From Camelus ferus (Eukaryota): 64,000 bases of DNA. The notes below the pieces were generated by a model, which was given only the letters and a program-made list of their open reading frames with translations, did no database searches and was not told the DNA's origin. The position numbers and the translations under genes are program-made. Location: contig NC_045707.1 in the NCBI RefSeq assembly GCF_009834535.1, forward strand, positions 51,338,001 to 51,402,000. The letters are read 5' to 3'. Positions 1-10,105 of the stretch are shown piece by piece (position 1 is the first letter of the stretch; each line of letters begins with the position of its first letter).

Positions 1-946
1 TATTGATAACTCTCAGGTATTGAACTGCTGGGGGATTGCCACAGAAGTGCCTGTGTAGACAAGCCTCCATAATTACTAACTTTGCATATAAACCATACTA
101 AAGGCCAGTTGTAATGTTCCTTATTGATTTTTTCTCTATCATTTTAGTTTAATTGGTTACTTGGACAGTGTTTTACTATTGGAAACAGGTGTCATTTTTA
201 TGTTTTAAATAAATTGCTCCATAAAAATTATCTCCACTCTTCAAGAGAAATATTTTGACCCTACATTATTTCTGAAAAATTCATACTTTGGCAGAATCAC
301 ACTTTGAAATTCAAGCCAGAGCACATTGTAATTTTCTTTTTTCATAAAACTTTATGGGGTCTAGATCTATTTCAAAACGGGTTTCTTTTTGAAAATATAA
401 TAGGCTGATTAATTTCTTTTATTGATAAGCCCAAATACTTTAGAATTCTGACACCAAAGATAAAACCAAACTTTAATAAAAAGCTTTAGTTTTTGATACT
501 TTAATTAAAAAAGACCTTAGTAAAAATTTGAGATTTTGACTTTGTACCAAATATCTTCAAATAAGTCAGAGGAAATATACTGAACCATTGAACTCACCTT
601 AAGAATCAGGAAAGGGTATGATAATGCTGTTCTAAAAATGTGATTCAAAGCCAGGGAATTAAATTTGTTTCCTTTTCTGTTCACTGTGTACATTCAGAAA
701 GTGCCAAATATAACTTTAGTCTTTCCAAGTGGTAGTTATTGAGATAATTTTACTATTTCTCCTTTTTCTGGAAGATTAATTTTTTCTTTACACATTACTT
801 TTTGGTTAATTTATAATAAACTCAGCTGAAACAAGTAAATATTTCAAAAACTTTCATATAAACTTTGGTACAATAGTCAATGAACAGTGTATGGATATCA
901 GATCAGTACATAAACTTGAAAACCAACTTGGATATATATTGGCATG

Positions 947-948
<2 letters not shown>

Positions 949-995
<47 letters not shown>

Positions 996-1000
996 TTTTT
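949..1000. repeat. (TA)n microsatellite followed by poly-T
   Basis: Directly visible. Confidence 0.95.
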
Positions 1001-1674
1001 CCTCTTAATAATTGCCCCTTTTGGGAGAATATGGTTCTTAAAAGGTGAAGAAGCAGGAAGATTTTATAAGTAAAACCACTTACAAATTCTGCATAAACTA
1101 ATCATTGGACTGATTGTTCATAAAAAGCAAAGACAACCGCTCTTGGATACGGAAGACGTAGATACTAAACTTAAGTCTATGACTACAAGACCATGTGAAC
1201 CCAAGCAACTCACTTAATCGTACTGGGTCCCCAAGTCTTCATCTGTGAAGTAATTTACTCTTGGAATTATTTTTAGAATTAAATAAGAAGGTACATGCAA
1301 ATAAATACCCTGAGAAAAGTATGACTTTCAGAATAAAAGGGATATTATTTTGAATTAATAAAATGTTATTTTCTTGTCTTTTTTGGTCAAAAAAGATCCC
1401 ACAAATAATGTATTAGTTTTAATAACTTCTCAATTTAAATTTGGGCAAATAAATTTTTTTTTAGGAAAATAAGGACAATAGTAATGCTGATCCTTACAGA
1501 GAAGTATTCTTAAAATATTTTGTTTTCCTGCATAAGTATGTTTTCTTAATTCCTTATTAGACTGTGATTTCCTTGAGAGCAGAAATATTTCTTAAGTGAT
1601 CAGTCTTTATATAGCACTTTGGGGAATTTTTATAGCATTGTATAGAAATATTTTACAAACACAAGGCATGGTAG

Positions 1675-2304
1675 TGATGCAGGAAAACAGATGTAGGGTG
1701 TGAGGAGGGCTGTGTCCCCGGCTTCAGTTGAGACCCTGGGACGTGCCCCGCCAAGTGTGGGTCCTTGGCTTCACGCAGGAAAGAATTCAAGAGCGAACCA
1801 CAGTTGAGTAAAGGTAGATTATTCAGAGAGATACATTGAAAGACAAGAGAAAGGCCGCAAGGTGTGGGCGTTGGGTGCTCAGATTAAAAATAGGTACACA
1901 CTCCATAGATGGAGTGCAGGCAGTCTCCAAACAGAGAGAGAGGTGGCTGTGAGGAGGCGCTGTGTTGCTAGTTTTTATGTGCTTGGTGGCTTCATGTGCT
2001 AATAAGTGGAAGGACCAGTCTAAGTAGCCTGGGGAAAGGGCTGGGATTCCCAGGAAGTTGGCCATTTCCCACTCTTTGACGTTTTGTGACTAGCCTTGGG
2101 ACTTCCCTGGTGCCTGTGGGTGTGTTATTCACCATGTTAATAAATTACAATGAGCTATAATGAAGCTCAAGATCAGCTAGAAGTTAAATCTCTCATCATC
2201 CTGAGCCTCAAGGCCTACTGGGGTTTGAATCTTTCACCATTTTGATGTTAATTGCTGTAGCATTCCTTGAATGGCTGTGCCCTGCTCCCTTCCATCCTGT
2301 CTCA
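1675..2304 (-). repeat. 3' LTR of the provirus
   Basis: Near-identical to 7099-7723; preceded on the minus strand by polypurine tract GAGGGGGGAA directly before TGAGAC. Confidence 0.96.
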
Positions 2305-2314
2305 TTCCCCCCTC
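2305..2314 (-). promoter_or_regulatory. Polypurine tract (plus-strand primer)
   Basis: GAGGGGGGAA on the minus strand abutting the 3' LTR TG. Confidence 0.9.
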
Positions 2315-2633
2315 AGAGATTTTACTCCCATAATCTTATGAGGAAGATCCGTCTTCTGAAACTGCTTCCAGGCTGAGGAGGGGTGTTGATCCTGCCTATC
2401 GGGGAGTAAAAAAATCTCTGTCTAATCTAGAGGCCCCAAGGGCAGGACAGCCTTTTGTTTTTGTATCCCAAGGGCTGAGGGTATGGCTGGAATCCTTGCA
2501 TAGCCATTACCTGATGTGGGGCTGCTGTAACCCACTGTTTTTATTGACTTCTGATGAATTTTCTTAAAGATGAAGCACCTTTGTAACAGCAGTCTGACAG
2601 TCTATAACAACAAAAAGACATTTGTAATCACCA

Positions 2634-4423
2634 CTACAGGATACTGAGGTCTTGTATTGCCTCACAAGTGTACGTGTCTCCTGGCTCCTGTTGGGGCTTA
2701 TAAAGTATAGGTTTTATTCTGGACAGATGTACCCACCTAGCAATTCCTTGTAGCTTAACGGCAGTTGGGGTGCTTAGTAATACCTGATATGGTCCCTTCC
2801 ATTTTGGCTTCAGCTGGTCTTCAGGGGACTCCTCCTTCCAAGTTTTTAATAAGACAGAGTTCCCTGACTGGACAGGGACTTCAATTTCTTCCTCTGAGGG
2901 AAAGGGCAACACTTTGTTTTCATATTCCTGGAGGGCACTTTGAACTTGGCTGGAGCTAACAATGTGGGAGACTAGTTTATTGGTCTCCTCATCAAACAGG
3001 AAATCTGCAGTTAAAAAGGGCCTTCCATATATCTTTTCAAAGGGGCTAAGTTTTAAGATTCCCTTAGGGGCCGTTCTTGTTCTTAGAAAGGCTATAGGCA
3101 GGAGGGGGACCCAGGTTTCTGGTCTCCTGTGTTAGCAAGTGTTCTCTTTAGAACGTGATTTGCTTTGTCTACCTTGCCTGAAGATTGGGGCCTCCAGGAA
3201 GAGTGGAGGCTATAGTTAATACCTAGAGTTGAGGAAACCTGTTGAGTCACCTTGGCAGTGAAGGAGGGTCCATTATCACTCTAAGATTTTTGGTAGCCCA
3301 AGCCTCGGGATTATTTCTTTGAGCAGAAATTTTCACACTTCTGTTGCTTCTTTTGTTCTAATGGGGAACGCTTCTACCCATCCTGTAAAGGTGTCTATGA
3401 ATACCAGCAGGTATTTCCATTCCTTACAAGGGGGCATCTGAGTAAAGTCTATTTGCCAGTCTTCCCCTGGGTTAGTTCCCTGATGTTGTATGGGCTGGAG
3501 TAGGGGTTGGGGTATAGGGTGACTCCCTGGGTCATTGCAGGCACAGAGTTCACAGGCCCTAGTGACTTCCTTAACATTTTGGGACAGTCCCTTGCCTAGG
3601 AACACTTGAGAAATTAGTCTAAGCATGGAGTCCCACCCTAGGTGGGTGGACTCACGGAGATGCTTAATTATTTTCCATTGTTTGTCCCAAGGAATGAGAA
3701 ACTTATTGTCGTTTATCAGCCACCCCGACAGATTATTTTCTAGCCCCCTGTGTTTAGCCCATTCGACCTCTTCAGGAGTATAGGATGGCACCATTGGGAG
3801 AGGCTAGTCTTCAGGTAGGAGAACTGCAGCTTGTGACTGGCTGTTCTCTGGCTGCAGCTTTGGCAGCCTTGTCTGCGAGGGCGTTTCCCTTTATAAGGGA
3901 AGAATCACCCTTTTGGTGACCCCTGCAGTGCGTGACTGCAACCTCTTTAGGAAGCTGGACTGCTTTTAGGAGTTTTAGAATTTCTGCCTGGTGTTTGATA
4001 GGGGACCCCCTTGACTGTTAGCAATCCCCTTTCTTTCCATATAGCAGCATGGGCATGTAACACTAGGAATCCATATTTAGAATCAGTATAGATATTGATT
4101 CTCAAACCTTTTCCTAACTGGAGTGTTCTGACTAAAGTGATTAATTTAGCCTTTTGGGCAGAAGTTTGGGAGGGCAGAGCTTCAGTCTCAATGACAGTTT
4201 TAAAGCTTTCTATAGCGTAACCAGCTCTCCTTGTTCCATTATATATAAAGCTGCTTCCATCAGTAAACCATTCTGCATCGGAATTGGACAGGGGCTCATC
4301 CCTGAGATCTGGCCAGCTGGAGTAAACTTGTTCGATAGTCTCTACGCAGGAATGAATACGGGATTCTTGGAATGGGGGATCTGGCATTAGAGTGGCCAGA
4401 TTTAAAACTTGACAAACTTTAAG
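2634..4423 (-). pseudogene. pol: pol 3' half: tether end, RNase H and integrase (no RT domain)
   Basis: Tether: LKVCQVLNLATLMP. RNase H: WFTDGSS, SAQKAKL (E>K), IYTDSKY, GNALADKAAK. Integrase: HHCC (HLRESTHLG...CELC), WQIDFTQM, SDNGPSF, PQSSGKVDKAN (E>D), GPY/F motif WKGPYQVLLSTPTAVK. Several stops and frameshifts. Confidence 0.94.
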
Positions 4424-4578
4424 GACAAGGGTCCAGGGAAATCAGTTAGCACAGAGTAGGCGGCTCCCATGTTTAGTAAGAAGACAGCTTTACTGCCTGC
4501 CACGTCAAGGGTTACCCGAGGCTCCTCCGGAGAAATGACCAGGTGTCCTGTGGGAGCCAGGGAGGGTCCCAGGCCCTG
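4424..4578 (-). pseudogene. pro: N-terminal fragment of retroviral aspartic protease, active site degenerate
   Basis: EPRVTLDVAGSKAVFLLNMGAAYSVL corresponds to the FLxDTGA motif with DTG changed to NMG; truncated shortly afterwards. Confidence 0.88.
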
Positions 4579-4581
4579 TGA

Positions 4582-6109
4582 GTCTTCAGTTTTCTCAGCC
4601 ATCATTGGTTTGGGAGCCCCAAGTCCCTTTTGGGACTGGGGGCAATCACACTTCCAGTGGCCTTTTTGTTTGCACATAGGGCAGGGTCCCAATGGACTGT
4701 CCCCATACATGGGGCATTCATTCTTCCAGTGGCCCTCCTGGCCACACTTAAAACAGGTCCCTTTTTGGAGAGACAGTGGCTCTGATCCAGGTATCCTGGA
4801 TCCTGTCCTCACCATGGGTCTTCATGGAGGATAACCCTGAGGTGGTGCAGGGATTAAGGCTGCCACTAAGAATTTGCCTTTTGCTGTTGTCCCTGGATAC
4901 TTCTTGCCTCTTCAACCCTGTCTCTGTTGTTAAATACTCTAAATGCCAGGTCCATGAGCTGATTCATGGGAGTCTGGGGTACCATAGCTGCCTTTTGTAA
5001 TTTTCTCCTAATATCTGGGGCTGACTGAGTGATAAAATGGGTATTTACGAAGACTTCCCCCTCAGGGGTTTTGGGGTTAATATTAGTATACTTTTTAAAG
5101 GCCTCCATTAAGCGGCCCTGGAAGAGGGCTGGATTCTCATCTTTTTCCTGTGTTACTTCCCTGACTTTGTCATAGTTGACGGGCTTAACAGTACACCTTT
5201 TTATCCCCTCTATGAGGCAAGTTATCATATGGTTCCTGCGTTCAAGTCCTCTACCTCCCTGTTGGTAGTTCCACTGGGGGTTTTGGTCAGGGATTGCATC
5301 CCCCCCAGTAAGGTAGATTATGTGTCCCTAGTTGCGGGCAGCCAATTCATCAGCATACACCTGGGCTGCACCAAGGAGCCATCCTTTTTCCTCGAAAGTG
5401 CAGCAGGTTGAAAGGAGGACCTGTAGTTCCCCCCAGGTAAACTCACAGGCCGTTGTCAGCTTGGCAAGTTCTTCCATAAACCTACTGGGGTCTTCAGAGA
5501 AGTGTCCAAATTTTTTTTTGCAAGTAGCCAAATCAGTCATAGAAAAAGGGACGTGAACTCTGATTGTTCCTCCATCACCAGCTGGCACTTCCCTTACGGG
5601 GCAGAGTTTGGTAGTAGGGGGTTGGTAGGTGGCCCCAAGTAGTACTGGCAGGACTTTCCTCTGGTGAGGGAGATGATGGGGAAGACTTTTCCCCCTCGGA
5701 GTTGGGGGAAGTAGGAGTTCCTGGCTTTGGACCTTGGGGAACTGGACCCATAAGGGGGTCATCTAGAATATCGAGCTCTTGTTGGGGGAGACGCTTTAAG
5801 GGCATACGAGCCAGGCATACCCGGCAGGAGTTCCCTGGACCTGGGTCTTGGGATAGGGTCAGGAACATTTGAACAGACAGAACTTCCCCCTGTTTACCTC
5901 CTCTTTTACAAAACAGGTCTAGCTGTAAGATGGTATTGTAATTTAATGACCCATTCTTTGGCCAGACCTCTTTGTCCCCTAGTTTGTATAGGGGCCATTG
6001 CAAAGGAAAATTAACTCCTTTTCCTTCAAACTATCCTGTTTAAACTTTCCCAGTTTATTAATATGCATCCTAACTGGGACTCCTTTGGGATACTTGTAGT
6101 TGTCCCTAT
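4582..6109 (-). pseudogene. gag: ERV gag, frameshifted and stop-interrupted (MA, CA, NC)
   Basis: Start reads ATA-GGG-ACA-ACT-ACA-AGT (likely decayed MGTTTS myristoylation motif). MA: WPKNGSLNYNTILQLDLFCKR. CA: VHVPFSMTDL; MHR QEKDENPALFQGRL; HFITQSAPDIRRKLQK. Two zinc knuckles: CFKCGQEGHWKNEC and CPMCKQKGHWKCDC. Split over several ORFs. Confidence 0.93.
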
Positions 6110-7074
6110 CTTGGTTAGGATATCCTGTCCGTGAGCCTAAGGTGCTCCTTTGGACTAGTTAAGGAAAGAAGCAAGGGCCAGCGGGAGAAAATGTGAGTAG
6201 TGTCCCAAGGTCTAAATCCTTTAGAGGGAAGGAGGAGACCTAGGTCCTAAGTCAACTAAGCCGATTATGTTTTGCGAAAGGGGAAACAAAATAGCTTCAA
6301 AAGGTAAAAATCTAAGACAAAATGGGAATGCTATAGCCGCTAGACTTCCTAGACTAGAGAGCCTTAGGTCCACTGAGGGAGTGCCTGACTGCAACTCCCT
6401 CTCAGGGGTATAATGAAACCGCGACCCCACCAAGGGGTGCTAAAACCTGTGACCCCACTGAGGGGTGCAAAAACCTGCGAGCCCACCAGGGGGTGTGAAA
6501 ACCTCCAAACCTGCAATCCTGCAGTCCGCAAAAGGGCATGCCTGATCACAACTCCTGCCTACAGATGCAGTGAGGCCGCGCACCCCAAGGGCACTTGGGG
6601 AGGGCCAGGCCACAAATTTTTAAAGGGGAACTCCCGGAGTCCCCTCATTTGGCCCCCCTTTCACAGTTCCGGTGTCCTGGAACTGGACCAAGACCGTGTA
6701 GGGAAGGGGAATTGGGCTCAAGGAACCACAGAGGGTAATCTCACCCAGTCAGTTTACCAATTACTTGCCACATGGTCTTAATTTGGATGTCCGAGTGGTT
6801 TCCTTGGTGGATTTTCTTGAGTCTGAAGAGATAGAGCAATAGAGGAGAGAATGAGAAAAGATCAAGGGGAGGAAAGCCTTGGGCTCGTTGGGCTCCTTCA
6901 CGGCTAGAGAGGTGGTCTCTGCCAGATCCTGCAGGCAGCGTCAACCGCCACCTAAAGGGCTACCTTAATCTGCACAGCACGGGAGAAACTCTGCCATCCT
7001 CTGAAGAGAGGGGAGCTATAGCCCAATAGGCGGATTGAGATTATGCCCTTTGAGTCTAGTTTCTTCATGTAAAT

Positions 7075-7092
7075 GCTCCACATTGGGTGCCA
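7075..7092 (-). promoter_or_regulatory. Primer binding site, tRNA-Lys(CUU)/Lys1,2-like
   Basis: Minus strand reads TGGCACCCAATGTGGAGC, 6 nt downstream of the 5' LTR. 15/18 match to the Lys1,2 PBS TGGCGCCCAACGTGGGGC; two mismatches are CpG transitions. Confidence 0.85.
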
Positions 7093-7098
7093 AAGATA

Positions 7099-7723
7099 TG
7101 ATGCAGGAAAACAGATGTGGGGTGTGAGGAGGGCTGTGTCCCAGGCTTCAATTGAGCCCCTGGGACGTGCCCTGCCAAGTGTGGGTCCTTGGCTTCATGC
7201 AGGAAAGAATTCAAGAGCGAACCACAGTTGAGTAAAGGTAGATTAATTCAGAGAGATACATTGAAAGGCAAGAGAAAGGCCGCAAGGTGTGGGCGTTGGG
7301 TGCTCAGATTAAAAATAGGTACACACTCCATAGATGGAGCGCAGACATTCTCCAAACAGAGAGAGAGGTGGCTGTGAGATGCTGTGTTGCTAGTTTTTAT
7401 GTGCTTGGTGGCTTCATGTGCTAATAAGTGGAAGGACCAGTCTAAGTAGCCTGGGGAAAGGGCTGGGATTCCCAGGAAGTTGGCCATTTCCCACTCTTTG
7501 ACGTTTTGTGACTAGCCTTGGGACTTCCATGGTGCCAGTGGGGTTGTTATTCACCATGTTAATGTATTACAGTGAGCATATAATGAAGCTCAAGATCAGC
7601 TAGAAGTTATATCTCTCATCATCCTGAGCCTCAAGGCCTCCTGGGGTTTGAATCTTTCACCATTTTGATGTTAATTGCTGTAGCATTCCTTGAATGGCTG
7701 TGCCCTGCCGCCTTCCTGTGTCA
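7099..7723 (-). repeat. 5' LTR of the provirus
   Basis: Near-identical to 1675-2304; followed on the minus strand by the PBS; TATA-like CATAAAAAC on the minus strand. Confidence 0.96.
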
Positions 7724-9065
7724 ATAGTACCATTAAGAAATCACTAATATGAAAATTTTGTTATGAAAAATTATATTTGATAAATAAGTACATTTTCCTT
7801 CACCATGACTTTTTAGAATGATAATAGGAGAAACCCACTTAAATCAGATTAAGTGAAATTCAAGAGTATTTTATAGTATCTTAAAGAATTCTGTCATGAA
7901 CTGAAAGGCAAGATCTTTCATTGGTCTGATGACTGAGGCAAGGAACTAGAAACCCCAGAGTAACCAGGCTCCATTGTCTCTCACTTTTAATTCTTTGTGT
8001 ATCCACAGGCCAATTTCCTCTATTTTTCTGTTCAAAGGGGACATGTAACCTCTGCCATAGGTGTTAAGTTTATAATTCAAAGTGACAGCATGGCTTGGTT
8101 AGTGTTTGGGACCCTAATCCAAATTATGGGGTAAAGAACCTAATTTACCTGACTTGTGTCAAATGTCCACCATAAGTACAACTAGCTGAGGCAAAGCTAA
8201 TGGCACTAAACAGTTATCTAGGTCCAGGGTCTCAGTCCATGGGACCCATGGAACTGAGAGAGCAGTTCCATGTATTGGTGACTCACAGGTTGAGCATTCA
8301 TCTTAAAATAAATTTAGTATAATCAGTCAGAATGATCTTGGAGGAAATACTGCTTTGACTGGGAGATTTAAAAAATCACCTTATAGGGACTCTTCGACTT
8401 ATTCATACATACACCCCCTTTTTCTTAGAGCAAATTAGATCAAATTAGGTAGATCAAATTCTCTTATGATTTCTATACAAAATATTGGCAAATTGAATTC
8501 AGGAGATTTGAAGAAGATATACTTTAACCAAATAGAGTTTATCTCAAAAATTTCTGGGTGATTATATGCAAAGATGTTATATTGATAGATTAAAGAAGAA
8601 AAGCAAATGATATCTCAATAAGTGCATAAAAAATCATTTGATGAAGTTCAACATTCAGGAAAAAAACCTTAAGCAAATCTGAAATTAGAAAAAGAACTTC
8701 TTTATCCTGATGAATAACACCAATGAAAACCAATAACAAACATCACACTTAGAGGCAAAACTTCAGAAGTCTTCTTAGAGTCAAGAAGATGATGAGACTG
8801 TGCTCCTAGTCTAAAACTAGTAAACCCTAGTCAAGAAAAGATGTAAGAAATGTAAGAATTGGAAAGAAAAGAGGTAACAATATCCTTATTTGTAGACATG
8901 GTTATCTATGTAGAAACTCCAAGAGCATCTATAGACAAATTATTAAATGGGTATCCTGGGCCTCAGTGATAATCAAATAAAAAGTGTAAACAGGAAAAAA
9001 ATCCCAGTCCCTATAGGAACAAAAACTGTAAGTTACCTAATATGTTTAATAAAGAGGCGCAAATT

Positions 9066-9095
9066 GTGCTCACTTCGGCAGCACATATACTAAAA
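9066..9095 (+). pseudogene. RNU6: 3'-truncated (tailless) U6 snRNA retropseudogene
   Basis: GTGCTCACTTCGGCAGCACATATACTAAAA equals U6 nt 1-30 with one CpG transition; flanked by a degenerate direct repeat AAAGAGGCGCAAAT / AAAAAGGTACAAAT. Confidence 0.9.
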
Positions 9096-9631
9096 AAAGG
9101 TACAAATCACTTTGGAGAAAATTTCAAAACACTCAAGGTATAAAAACAAATAAAACCTGTGTATTTATATATACATACACTCAGTGTTCATGAATTAAAC
9201 TACAGTAATTGAATGATGTTGAAATTCCCCCAAATTATCTATAAATTCAGTGCAATCCCAATAAAAGTTCCAATAGGATTTATCAAAGCATCAGTTCAGT
9301 TGACACCTAGTTTCATAGGGAAAAGCAGAGGAACAAGAAGAATCAAGACAATTTTTAAAATAAGACACAAAAGAACATACTCTTAAAAAAAAAAAGATAG
9401 CTAAATTTTGACTACATTAAAGTTAAAAACTCTGTACAAAATCAAAAGTGAAGAGAAAAACCACAGACCAGAAGACATTTTCCATACCCATGACTGACAA
9501 ACTCTTAATATTCATCAGTTTTTCCCTTGAAGAAAAAAAAAAGTTCAACAAATGAAGTAAAGAAGGAATAAACTAAATTGATATAAATATGTAGTTTCCT
9601 TAGAAGAAACCCCAAATTGTCAATAACTTTT

Positions 9632-10105
9632 TGTAATAGGCTAAATAATCCCTTCCCCTCCACCACCCCCTCCCTGCAACAGATGGCCAGATGGCCACGT
9701 CCTAAAACCTGTGACTGTGTTTCCTCACATGGTAAAAAGGGCTTTGTGTATGTGAATACATTAAGGATTGTAAGATGGGGAGATATTTCAGATTATCTGG
9801 GTGGACCCAATGTAATCACAAGGCTTTTGATAAGAGGAAGGCAGGAGGGTCGGAGAGTAGTAGGAGATAAGGTGACAGAAGCAAGTGGTTGGAGGAATTG
9901 GAGGGAGGGGTCGCAAGCCAAGGAATGCAGGCAGACATTAGAAGCTGAAAAAGGCAAGACAACAAATTCCCCCTTGAAGTCTCCAGAAGGAATGCAGCCC
10001 TACCTATTCATTGTAGGCTTCTGAAGTGTGAGAAAACATATGTGTGTTGTTTTAGGACACTAAGTTTGTGGTGCTTGGTTACAATAGTGATGATAAATGA
10101 ATATA
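9632..10105 (+). mobile_element. MaLR LTR (MLT1-type)
   Basis: Motifs CATGGTAAAAAGGGCTTTG, GATTATCTGGGTGGACCCAATGTAATCACAAGG, AGCCAAGGAATGCAGGCAG, CACTAAGTTTGTGG. Confidence 0.85.

Larger units (their letters stand above)
1675..7723 (-). mobile_element. Endogenous retrovirus provirus (class I/ERV1, gamma-like), internally deleted: LTR-PBS-gag-partial pro-RNaseH-IN-PPT-LTR
   Basis: Two direct ~625 bp repeats with TG...CA ends. Flanks GTAG (1671-1674) and ATAG (7724-7727) form a 3/4 TSD. Gag, RNase H and integrase motifs lie in minus-strand ORFs. PBS and PPT are at the expected positions. Confidence 0.97.

Noticed and set aside
6397..6504. CRISPR-like array
   Set aside because: Eukaryotic retroviral context; tandem units with no unique spacers
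6221..6944. Leader ORFs as a pre-gag or glyco-gag protein
   Set aside because: Short, interrupted by stops, not continuous with gag, and no motif I can recognise
9617..10024. 135-aa ORF
   Set aside because: Almost entirely within an MLT1 LTR; chance ORF
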